From Gordius albopunctatus (Eukaryota), in contig OZ193910.1 of NCBI GenBank assembly GCA_964276515.1, forward strand, positions 6,944,001 through 7,008,000: a stretch of DNA of 64,000 nucleotides, written 5' to 3'. Numbering within the stretch: position 1 is the stretch's first letter; each line of letters opens with the position of its first letter. A program made the position numbers and the translations under genes. This document shows positions 38,251-51,125 of the stretch, piece after piece. The notes beneath the pieces were generated by a model. That model saw only the letters and a program-made list of their open reading frames with translations. It was not told the origin of the DNA and did not search any database.

Positions 38251-41200
38251 TCAATATCGCTTTATAAGCGTGTCTCTAGTTTTAATGAAACAAGCTCTAT
38301 GCGATCGTGATTTAGAGTTAATAATTTTTGATGACTGATCAAAAAAATGTTTTTCAAGCAATTCACCTCTTATACCGAAAACTTTCATGAGAGCTATATG
38401 GTTGAACAAAAAAATTGAAAAAATTTTGAGGTCGAAAAAAATATTATTTTTCAAATTCTTTCGAAAGGGAGATGAAAAAATCTTTAAAAGTTAGTAAATA
38501 TTCTTAGAATTTTGTCCTTGTTAGAATCTTGATAGGAATTTTTGCGTTGGCGATGTTTGAGATTGAGAGAAATTAAAATTTTCGTGTGGCGTTTAGATTG
38601 ATTCAATATCGCTTTATAAGCGTGTCTCTAGTTTTAGTGAAACAAGCTCTATGCGATCGTGATTTAGAGTTAATAATTTTTGATGACTGATCAAAAAAAT
38701 GTTTTTCAAGGAATTCACCTCTTATACCGAAAACTTTCATGAGAGCTATATGGTTGAACAAAAAAATTGAAAAAATTTTGAGGTCGAAAAAAATATTATT
38801 TTTCAAATTCTTTCGAAAGGGAGATGAAAAAATCTTTAAAAGTTAGTAAATATTCTTAGAATTTTGTCCTTGTTAGAATCTTGATAGGAATTTTTGCGTT
38901 GGCGATGTTTGAGATTGAGAGAAATTAAAATTTTCGTGTGGCGTTTAGATTGATTCAATATCGCTTTATAAGCGTGTCTCTAGTTTTAGTGAAACAAGCT
39001 CTATGCGATCGTGATTTAGAGTTAATAATTTTTGATGACTGATCAAAAAAATGTTTTTCAAGGAATTCACCTCTTATACCGAAAACTTTCATGAGAACTA
39101 TATGGTTGAACAAAAAAATTGAAAAAATTTTGAGGTCGAAAAAAATATTATTTTTCATATTTTTTCGAAAGGGAGATGAAAAAATCTTTAAAAGTTAGTA
39201 AATATTCTTAGCATTTTGTCCTTGTTAGAATATTGATAGAAATTTATGCGTGGGGGGATGTTTGAGATTGAGAGAAATTAAAATTTTCGTGTGGCGTTTA
39301 GATTGATTCAATATCGCTTTATAAGCGTGTCTCTAGTTTTAGTGAAACAAGCTCTATGCGATCGTGATTTAGAGTTAATAATTTTTGATGACTGATCAAA
39401 AAAATGTTTTTCAAGGAATTCACCTCTTATACCGAAAACTTTCATGAGAGCTATATGGTTGAACAAAAAAAATTAAAACAATTTCGAGGTCGAAAAAAAT
39501 ATTATTTTTCATATTCTTTCGAAAGGGAGATGAAAAAATCTTTAAAAGTTAGTAAATATTCTTAGAATTTTGTCCTTGTTAGAATCTTGATAGGAATTTT
39601 TGCGTTGGCGATGTTTGAGATTGAGAGAAATTAAAATTTTCGTGTGGCGTTTGATTGATTCAATATCGCTTTATAAGCGTGTCTCTAGTTTTAGTGAAAC
39701 AAGCTCTATGCGATCGTGATTTAGAGTTAATAATTTTTGATGACTGATCAAAAAAATGTTTTTCAAGGAATTCACCTCTTATACCGAAAACTTTCATGAG
39801 AGCTATATGGTTGAACAAAAAAAATTAAAACAATTTTGAGGTCGAAAAAAATATTATTTTTCATATTCTTTCGAAAGGGAGATGAAAAAATCTTTAAAAG
39901 TTAGTAAATATTCTTAGCATTTTGTCCTTGTTAGAATCTTGATAGGAATTTATGCGTGGGGGGATGTTTTAGATTGAGAGAAATTAAAATTTAGGTGTTG
40001 CGTTTATATTGTTTCAATATCGCTTTATAAGCGTGTCTCTAGTTTTAGTGAAACAAGCTCTATGCGATCGTGATTTAGAGTTAATAATTTTTGATGACTG
40101 ATCAAAAAAATGTTTTTCAAGGAATTCACCTCTTATACCGAAAACTTTCATGAGAGCTATATGGTTGAACAAAAAAAATTAAAACAATTTTGAGGTCGAA
40201 AAAAATATTATTTTTCATATTCTTTCGAAAGGGAGATGAAAAAATCTTTAAAAGTTAGTAAATATTCTTAGCATTTTGTCCTTGTTAGAATCTTGATAGG
40301 AATTTATGCGTGGGGGGATGTTTGAGATTGAGAGAAATTAAAATTTTCGTGTTGCGTTTATATTGTTTCAATATCGCTTTATAAGCGTGTCTCTAGTTTT
40401 AGTGTAACAAGCTCTATGCGATCGTGATTTAGAGTTAATAATTTTTGATGACTGATCAAAAAAATGTTTTTCAAGCAATTCACCTCTTATACCGAAAACT
40501 TTCATGAGAGCTATATGGTTGAACAAAAAAATTGAAAAAATTTTGAGGTCGAAAAAAATATTATTTTTCAAATTCTTTCGAAAGGGAGATGAAAAAATCT
40601 TTAAAAGTTAGTAAATATTCTTAGAATTTTGTCCTTGTTAGAATCTTGATAGGAATTTTTGCGTTGGCGATGTTTGAGATTGAGAGAAATTAAAATTTTC
40701 GTGTGGCGTTTAGATTGATTCAATATCGCTTTATAAGCGTGTCTCTAGTTTTAGTGAAACAAGCTCTATGCGATCGTGATTTAGAGTTAATAATTTTTGA
40801 TGACTGATCAAAAAAATGTTTTTCAAGGAATTCACCTCTTATACCGAAAACTTTCATGAGAGCTATATGGTTGAACAAAAAAATTGAAAAAATTTTGAGG
40901 TCGAAAAAAATATTATTTTTCAAATTCTTTCGAAAGGGAGATGAAAAAATCTTTAAAAGTTAGTAAATATTCTTAGAATTTTGTCCTTGTTAGAATCTTG
41001 ATAGGAATTTTTGCGTTGGCGATGTTTGAGATTGAGAGAAATTAAAATTTTCGTGTGGCGTTTAGATTGATTCAATATCGCTTTATAAGCGTGTCTCTAG
41101 TTTTAGTGAAACAAGCTCTATGCGATCGTGATTTAGAGTTAATAATTTTTGATGACTGATCAAAAAAATGTTTTTCAAGGAATTCACCTCTTATACCGAA

Positions 41201-42480
41201 AACTTTCATGAGAACTATATGGTTGAACAAAAAAATTGAAAAAATTTTGAGGTCGAAAAAAATATTATTTTTCATATTTTTTCGAAAGGGAGATGAAAAA
41301 ATCTTTAAAAGTTAGTAAATATTCTTAGCATTTTGTCCTTGTTAGAATATTGATAGAAATTTATGCGTGGGGGGATGTTTTAGATTGAGAGAAATTAAAA
41401 TTTAGGTGTTGCGTTTATATTGTTTCAATATCGCTTTATAAGCGTGTCTCTAGTTTTAGTGTAACAAGCTCTATGCGATCGTGATTTAGAGTTAATAATT
41501 TTTGATGACTGATCAAAAAAATGTTTTTCAAGGAATTCACCTCTTATACCGAAAACTTTCATGAGAACTATATGGTTGAACAAAAAAATTAAAACAATTT
41601 TGAGGTCGAAAAAAATATTATTTTTCATATTCTTTCGAAAGGGAGATGAAAAAATCTTTAAAAGTTAGTAAATATTCTTAGCATTTTGTCCTTGTTAGAA
41701 TCTTGATAGGAATTTTTGCGTGGGGGGATGTTTGAGATTGAGAGATATTAAAATTTTCGTGTTGCGTTTAGATTGATTCAATTTCGCTTTATAAGCGTGT
41801 CTCTAGTTTTAGTGAAACAAGCTCTATGCGATCGTGATTTAGAGTTAATAATTTTTGATGACTGATCAAAAAAATGTTTTTCAAGGAATTCACCTCTTAT
41901 ACCGAAAACTTTCATGAGAGCTATATGGTTGAACAAAAAAAATTAAAACAATTTCGAGGTCGAAAAAAATATTATTTTTCATATTCTTTCGAAAGGGAGA
42001 TGAAAAAATCTTTAAAAGTTAGTAAATATTCTTAGAATTTTGTCCTTGTTAGAATCTTGATAGGAATTTTTGCGTTGGCGATGTTTGAGATTGAGAGAAA
42101 TTAAAATTTTCGTGTGGCGTTTGATTGATTCAATATCGCTTTATAAGCGTGTCTCTAGTTTTAGTGAAACAAGCTCTATGCGATCGTGATTTAGAGTTAA
42201 TAATTTTTGATGACTGATCAAAAAAATGTTTTTCAAGGAATTCACCTCTTATACCGAAAACTTTCATGAGAGCTATATGGTTGAACAAAAAAAATTAAAA
42301 CAATTTTGAGGTCGAAAAAAATATTATTTTTCATATTCTTTCGAAAGGGAGATGAAAAAATCTTTAAAAGTTATTAAATATTCTTAGCATTTTGTCCTTT
42401 CTTGATAGGAATTTTTGCGTGGGGGATGTTTGAGATTGAGAGAAATTAAAATTTTCGTGTTGCGTTTAGATTGATTCAAT
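38251..42480. repeat. Local ~6-monomer (2117-bp) higher-order duplication
   Basis: Monomer types at 38251/38603/38955 recur at 40368/40720/41072 (offset 2117), including catattttttcg and gaatattgatag. The gcgtttgattg 1-bp deletion recurs at ~39650 and ~42120. Confidence 0.75.
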
Positions 42481-45400
42481 ATCGCTTTATAAGCGTGTCT
42501 CTAGTTTTAGTGAAACAAGCTCTATGCGATCGTGATTTACAGTTAATAATTTTTGATGACTGATCAAAAAAATGTTTTTCAAGGAATTCACCTCTTATAC
42601 CGAAAACTTTCATGAGAGCTATATGGTTGAACAAAAAAAATTAAAACAATTTTGAGGTCGAAAAAAATATTATTTTTCATATTCTTTCGAAAGGGAGATG
42701 AAAAAATCTTTAAAAGTTATTAAATATTCTTAGCATTTTGTCCTTGTTAGAATCTTGATAGGAATTTTTGCGTGGGGGGATGTTTGAGATTGAGAGAAAT
42801 TAAAATTTTCGTGTTGCGTTTAGATTGATTCAATTTCGCTTTATAAGCGTGTCTCTAGTTTTAGTGAAACAAGCTCTATGCGATCGTGATTTAGAGTTAA
42901 TAATTTTTGATGACTGATCAAAAAAATGTTTTTCAAGGAATTCACCTCTTATACCGAAAACTTTCATGAGAGCTATATGGTTGAACAAAAAAAATTAAAA
43001 CAATTTTGAGGTCGAAAAAAATATTATTTTTCATATTCTTTCGAAAAGGAGATGAAAAAAGAATTTTTGCGTGGGGGATGTTTGAGATTGAGAGAAATTA
43101 AAATTTTCGTGTGGCGTTTAGATTGATTAAAAATCGCTTTATAAGCGTGTCTCTAGATTTAGTGAAACAAGCTCTATGCGATCGTGATTTAGAGTTAATA
43201 ATTTTTGATGACTGATCAAAAAAATGTTTTTCAAGGAATTCACCTCTTATACCGAAAACTTTCATGAGAACTATATGGTTGAACAAAAAAATTGAAAAAA
43301 TTTTGAGGTCGAAAAAAATATTATTTTTCAAATTCTTTCGAAAGGGAGATGAAAAAATCTTTAAAAGTTAGTAAATATTCTTAGAATTTTGTCCTTGTTA
43401 GAATATTGATAGAAATTTATGCGTGTGGGGATGTTTTAGATTGAGAGAAATTAAAATTTAGGTGTTGCGTTTATATTGTTTCAATATCGCTTTATAAGCG
43501 TGTCTCTAGTTTTAGTGAAACAAGCTCTATGCGATCGTGATTTAGAGTTAATAATTTTTGATGACTCATCAAAAAAATGTTTTTCAAGGAATTCACCTCT
43601 TATACCGAAAACTTTCATGAGAACTATATGGTTGAACAAAAAAATTAAAACAATTTTGAGGTCGAAAAAAATATTATTTTTCATATTCTTTCGAAAGGGA
43701 GATGAAAAAATCTTTAAAAGTTAGTAAATATTCTTAGCATTTTGTCCTTTCTTGATAGGAATTTTTGCGTGGGGGATGTTTGAGATTGAGAGAAATTAAA
43801 ATTTTCGTGTTGCGTTTAGATTGATTCAATATCGCTTTATAAGCGTGTCTCTAGTTTTAGTGAAACAAGCTCTATGCGATCGTGATTTACAGTTAATAAT
43901 TTTTGATGACTGATCAAAAAAATGTTTTTCAAGGAATTCACCTCTTATACCGAAAACTTTCATGAGAGCTATATGGTTGAACAAAAAAAATTAAAACAAT
44001 TTTGAGGTCGAAAAAAATATTATTTTTCATATTCTTTCGAAAGGGAGATGAAAAAATCTTTAAAAGTTATTAAATATTCTTAGCATTTTGTCCTTGTTAG
44101 AATCTTGATAGGAATTTTTGCGTGGGGGGATGTTTGAGATTGAGAGAAATTAAAATTTTCGTGTTGCGTTTAGATTGATTCAATTTCGCTTTATAAGCGT
44201 GTCTCTAGTTTTAGTGAAACAAGCTCTATGCGATCGTGATTTAGAGTTAATAATTTTTGATGACTGATCAAAAAAATGTTTTTCAAGGAATTCACTTTTA
44301 TACCGAAAACTTTCATGAGAACTATATGGTTGAACAAAAAAATTATAACAATTTTGAGGTCGAAAAAAATATTATTTTTCATATTCTTTCGAAAGGGAGA
44401 TGAAAAAATCTTTAAAAGTTAGTAAATATTCTTAGCATTTTGTCCTTGTTAGAATCTTGATAGGAATTTTTGCGTGGGGGGATGTTTGAGATTGAGAGAA
44501 ATTAAAATTTTCGTGTTGCGTTTAGATTGATTCAATTTCGCTTTATAAGCGTGTCTCTAGTTTTAGTGAAACAAGCTCTATGCGATCGTGATTTAGAGTT
44601 AATAATTTTTGATGACTGATCAAAAAAATGTTTTTCAAGGAATTCACCTCTTATACCGAAAACTTTCATGAGAGCTATATGGTTGAACAAAAAAAATTAA
44701 AACAATTTTGAGGTCAAAAAAAATATTATTTTTCATATTCTTTCGAAAAGGAGATGAAAAAAGAATTTTTGCGTGGGGGATGTTTGAGATTGAGAGAAAT
44801 TAAAATTTTCGTGTGGCGTTTAGATTGATTAAAAATCGCTTTATAAGCGTGTCTCTAGTTTTAGTGAAACAAGCTCTATGCGATCGTGATTTAGAGTTAA
44901 TAATTTTTGATGACTGATCAAAAAAATGTTTTTCAAGGAATTCATCTCTTATACGGACAACTTTAATGAGAGCTATATGGTTGAACAAAAAAATTGAAAA
45001 AATTTTGAGGTCGAAAAAAATATTTTTTTTCATATTCTTTCGTAAGGGAGATGAAAAAATCTTTAAAAGTTATTAAATATTCTTAGCATTTTGTCCTTGT
45101 TAGAATCTTGATAGGAATTTTTGCGTGGGGGATGTTTTAGATTGAGAGAAATTAAAATTTAGGTGTTGCGTTTATATTGTTTCAATATCGCTTTATAAGC
45201 GTGTCTCTAGTTTTAGTGAAACAAGCTCTATGCGATCGTGATTTAGAGTTAATAATTTTTGATGACTGATCAAAAAAATGTTTTTCAAGGAATTCATCTC
45301 TTATACGGAAAACTTTCATGAGAGCTATATGGTTGAACAAAAAAAATTAAAACAATTTCGAGGTCGAAAAAAATATTATTTTTCATATTCTTTCGAAAGG

Positions 45401-47628
45401 GAGATGAAAAAATCTTTAAAAGTTAGTAAATATTCTTAGCATTTTGTCCTTTCTTGATAGGAATTTTTGCGTTGGCGATGTTTGAGATTGAGAGAAATTA
45501 AAATTTTCGTGTGGCGTTTGATTGATTCAATATCGCTTTATAAGCGTGTCTCTATTTTTAGTGAAACAAGCTCTATGCGATCGTGATTTAGAGTTAATAA
45601 TTTTTGATGACTGATCAAAAAAATGTTTTTCAAGGAATTCACCTTTTATACCGAAAACTTTCATGAGAACTATATGGTTGAACAAAAAAATTATAACAAT
45701 TTTGAGGTCGAAAAAAATATTATTTTTCATATATTTCGAAAGGGAGATGAAAAAATCTTTAAAAGTTAGTAAATATTCTTAGCATTTTGTCCTTTCTTGA
45801 TAGGAATTTTTGCGTGGGGGATGTTTGAGATTGAGAGAAATTAAAATTTTCGTGTTGCGTTTATATTGTTTCAATATCGCTTTATAAGCGTGTCTCTAGT
45901 TTTAGTGAAACAAGCTCTATGCGATCGTGATTTACAGTTAATAATTTTTGATGACTGATCAAAAAAATGTTTTTCAAGGAATTCACCTATTATACCGAAA
46001 ACTTTCATGAGAGCTATATGGTTGAACAAAAAAATTGAAAAAATTTTGAGGTCGAAAAAATTATTATTTTTTATATTCTTTCGAAAGGGAGATGAAAAAA
46101 TCTTTAAAAGTTAGTAAATATTCTTAGCATTTTGTCCTTGTTAGAATCTTGATAGGAATTTATGCGTGGGGGGATGTTTTAGATTGAGAGAAATTAAAAT
46201 TTTCGTGTTGCGTTTAGATTGATTCAATATCGCTTTATAAGCGTGTCTCTAGTTTTAGTGAAACAAGCTCTATGCGATCGTGATTTACAGTTAATAATTT
46301 TTGATGACTGATCAAAAAAATGTTTTTCAAGGAATTCATCTCTTATACGGAAAACTTTCATGAGAGCTATATGGTTGAACAAAAAAAATTAAAACAATTT
46401 CGAGGTCGAAAAAAATATTATTTTTCATATTCTTTCGAAAGGGAGATGAAAAAATCTTTAAAAGTTAGTAAATATTCTTAGAATTTTGTCCTTGTTAGAA
46501 TCTTGATAGGAATTTTTGCGTTGGCGATGTTTGAGATTGAGAGAAATTAAAATTTTCGTGTGGCGTTTAGATTGATTCAATATCGCTTTATAAGCGTGTC
46601 TCTAGTTTTAGTGAAACAAGCTCTATGCGATCGTTATTTAGAGTTAATAATTTTTGATGACTGATCAAAAAAATGTTTTTCAAGGAATTCACCTTTTATA
46701 CCGAAAACTTTCATGAGAACTATATGGTTGAACAAAAAAATTAAAACAATTTTGAGGTCGAAAAAAATATTATTTTTCATATTCTTTCGAAAGGGAGATG
46801 AAAAAATCTTTAAAAGTTAGTAAATATTCTTAGCATTTTGTCCTTTCTTGATAGGAATTTTTGCGTGGGGGATGTTTGAGATTGAGAGAAATTAAAATTT
46901 TCGTGTTGCGTTTATATTGTTTCAATATCGCTTTATAAGCGTGTCTCTAGTTTTAGTGAAACAAGCTCTATGCGATCGTGATTTACAGTTAATAATTTTT
47001 GATGACTGATCAAAAAAATGTTTTTCAAGGAATTCACCTCTTATACCGAAAACTTTCATGAGAGCTATATGGTTGAACAAAAAAATTGAAAAAATTTTAA
47101 GGTCGAAAAAATTATTATTTTTTATATTCTCTCGAAAGGGAGAAGAAAAAAATCTTTAAAAGTTAGTAAATATTCTTAGCATTTTGTCCTTGTTAGAATC
47201 TTGATAGGAATTTATGCGTGGGGGGATGTTTTAGATTGAGAGAAATTAAAATTTTCGTGTTGCGTTTAGATTGATTCAATATCGCTTTATAAGCGTGTCT
47301 CTAGTTTTAGTGAAACAAGCTCTATGCGATCGTGATTCAGAGTTAATAATTTTTGATGACTGATCAAAAAAATGTTTTTCAAGGAATTCATCTCTTATAC
47401 GGAAAACTTTCATGAGAGCTATATGGTTGAACAAAAAAAATTAAAACAATTCCGAGGTCGAAAAAAATATTATTTTTCATATTCTTTCGAAAGGGAGATG
47501 AAAAAATCTTTAAAAGTTAGTAAATATTCTTAGAATTTTGTCCTTGTTAGAATCTTGATAGGAATTTTTGCGTTGGCGATGTTTGAGATTGAGAGAAATT
47601 AAAATTTTCGTGTGGCGTTTAGATTGAT

Positions 47629-50600
47629 TCAATATCGCTTTATAAGCGTGTCTCTAGTTTTAGTGAAACAAGCTCTATGCGATCGTGATTTAGAGTTAAT
47701 AATTTTTGATGACTGATCAAAAAAATGTTTTAGAAGGAATTCACCTTTTATACCGAAAACTTTCATGAGAACTATATGGTTGAACAAAAAAATTAAAACA
47801 ATTTTGAGGTCGAAAAAAATATTATTTTTCATATATTTCGAAAGGGAGATGAAAAAATCTTTAAAAGTTAGTAAATATTCTTAGAATTTTGTCCTTGTTA
47901 GAATCTTGATAGGAATTTTTGCGTTGGCGATGTTTGAGATTGAGAGAAATTAAAATTTTCGTGTGGCGTTTAGATTGATTCAATATCGCTTTATAAGCGT
48001 GTCTCTAGTTTTAGTGAAACAAGCTCTATGCGATCGTGATTTAGAGTTAATAATTTTTGATGACTGATCAAAAAAATGTTTTTCAAGGAATTCACCTTTT
48101 ATACCGAAAACTTTCATGAGAACTATATGGTTGAACAAAAAAATTAAAACAATTTTGAGGTCGAAAAAAATATTATTTTTCATATTCTTTCGAAAGGGAG
48201 ATGAAAAAATCTTTAAAAGTTAGTAAATATTCTTAGCATTTTGTCCTTTCTTGATAGGAATTTTTGCGTGGGGGATGTTTGAGATTGAAAGAAATTAAAA
48301 TTTTCGTGTTGCGTTTATATTGTTTCAATATCGCTTTATAAGCGTGTCTCTAGTTTTAGTGAAACAAGCTCTATGCGATCGTGATTTACAGTTAATAATT
48401 TTTGATGACTGATCAAAAAAATGTTTTTCAAGGAATTCACCTCTTATACCGAAAACTTTCATGAGAGCTATATGGTTGAACAAAAAAATTGAAAAAATTT
48501 TGAGGTCGAAAAAAATATTATTTTTCAAATTCTTTCGAAAGGGAGATGAAAAAATCTTTAAAAGTTAGTAAATATTCTTAGAATTTTGTCCTTGTTAGAA
48601 TCTTGATAGGAATTTTTGCGTTGGCGATGTTTGAGATTGAGAGAAATTAAAATTTTCGTGTGGCGTTTAGATTGATTCAATATCGCTTTATAAGCGTTTC
48701 TCTAGTTTTAGTGAAACAAGGTCTATGCGATCGTGATTTAGAGTTTATAATTTTTGATGACTGATCAAAAAAATGTTTTTCAAGGAATTCACCTTTTATA
48801 CCGAAAACTTTCATGAGAACTATATGGTTGAACAAAAAAATTAAAACAATTTTGAGGTCGAAAAAAATATTATTTTTCATATTCTTTCGAAAGGGAGATG
48901 AAAAAATCTTTAAAAGTTAGTAAATATTCTTAGCATTTTGTCCTTTCTTGATAGGAATTTTTGCGTGGTGGATGTTTGAGATTGAGAGAAATTAAAATTT
49001 TCGTGTTGCGTTTATATTGTTTCAATATCGCTTTATAAGCGTGTCTCTAGTTTTAGTGAAACAAGCTCTATGCGATCGTGATTTACAGTTAATAATTTTT
49101 GATGACTGATCAAAAAAATGTTTTTCAAGGAATTCACCTCTTATACCGAAAACTTTCATGAGAGCTATATGGTTGAACAAAAAAATTGAAAAAATTTTGA
49201 GGTCGAAAAAAATATTATTTATCAAATTCTTTCGAAAGGGAGATGAAAAAATCTTTAAAAGTTAGTAAATATTCTTAGAATTTTGTCCTTGTTAGAATCT
49301 TGATAGGAATTTTTGCGTTGGCGATGTTTGAGATTGAGAGAAATTAAAATTTTCGTGTGGCGTTTAGATTGATTCAATATCGCTTTATAAGCGTGTCTCT
49401 AGTTTTAGTGAAACAAGCTCTATGCGATCGTGATTTAGAGTTAATAATTTTTGATGACTGATCAAAAAAATGTTTTTCAAGGAATTCATCTCTTATACGG
49501 AAAACTTTAATGAGAGCTATATGGTTGAACAAAAAAATTGAAAAAATTTTGAGGTCGAAAAAAATATTTTTTTTCATATTCTTTCGTAAGGGAGATGAAA
49601 AAATCTTTAAAAGTTATTAAATATTCTTAGCATTTTGTCCTTGTTAGAATCTTGATAGGAAATTTTGCGTTGGCGATGTTTGAGATTGAGAGAAATTAAA
49701 ATTTTCGTGTGGCGTTTAGATTGATTCAATATCGCTTTATAAGCGTGTCTCTAGTTTTAGTGAAACAAGCTCTATGCGATCGTGATTTAGAGTTAATAAT
49801 TTTTGATGACTGATCAAAAAAATGTTTTAGAAGGAATTCACCTTTTATACCGAAAACTTTCATGAGAACTATATGGTTGAACAAAAAAATTAAAACAATT
49901 TTGAGGTCGAAAAAAATATTATTTTTCATATATTTCGAAAGGGAGATGAAAAAATCTTTAAAAGTTAGTAAATATTCTTAGAATTTTGTCCTTGTTAGAA
50001 TCTTGATAGGAATTTTTGCGTTGGCGATGTTTGAGATTGAGAGAAATTAAAATTTTCGTGTGGCGTTTAGATTGATTCAATATCGCTTTATAAGCGTGTC
50101 TCTAGTTTTAGTGAAACAAGCTCTATGCGATCGTGATTTAGAGTTAATAATTTTTGATGACTGATCAAAAAAATGTTTTTCAAGGAATTCACCTTTTATA
50201 CCGAAAACTTTCATGAGAACTATATGGTTGAACAAAAAAATTAAAACAATTTTGAGGTCGAAAAAAATATTATTTTTCATATTCTTTCGAAAGGGAGATG
50301 AAAAAATCTTTAAAAGTTAGTAAATATTCTTAGCATTTTGTCCTTTCTTGATAGGAATTTTTGCGTGGGGGATGTTTGAGATTGAAAGAAATTAAAATTT
50401 TCGTGTTGCGTTTATATTGTTTCAATATCGCTTTATAAGCGTGTCTCTAGTTTTAGTGAAACAAGCTCTATGCGATCGTGATTTACAGTTAATAATTTTT
50501 GATGACTGATCAAAAAAATGTTTTTCAAGGAATTCACCTCTTATACCGAAAACTTTCATGAGAGCTATATGGTTGAACAAAAAAATTGAAAAAATTTTGA

Positions 50601-51125
50601 GGTCGAAAAAATATTATTTTTCAAATTCTTTCGAAAGGGAGATGAAAAAATCTTTAAAAGTTAGTAAATATTCTTAGAATTTTGTCCTTGTTAGAATCTT
50701 GATAGGAATTTTTGCGTTGGCGATGTTTGAGATTGAGAGAAATTAAAATTTTCGTGTGGCGTTTAGATTGATTCAATATCGCTTTATAAGCGTTTCTCTA
50801 GTTTTAGTGAAACAAGGTCTATGCGATCGTGATTTAGAGTTTATAATTTTTGATGACTGATCAAAAAAATGTTTTTCAAGGAATTCACCTTTTATACCGA
50901 AAACTTTCATGAGAACTATATGGTTGAACAAAAAAATTAAAACAATTTTGAGGTCGAAAAAAATATTATTTTTCATATTCTTTCGAAAGGGAGATGAAAA
51001 AATCTTTAAAAGTTATTAAATATTCTTAGCATTTTGTCCTTGTTAGAATCTTGATAGGAATTTTTGCGTGGGGGGATGTTTTAGATTGAGAGAAATTAAA
51101 ATTTAGGTGTTGCGTTTATATTGTT
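47629..51125. repeat. Local 6-monomer (~2097-bp) higher-order duplication
   Basis: Rare variants tttagaagg and catatatttcg (monomers 47629, 49726), gattgaaagaaa (~48288, ~50385), and aagcgtttctc plus gagtttataa (48677, 50773) recur at offset 2096-2097. Confidence 0.88.
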
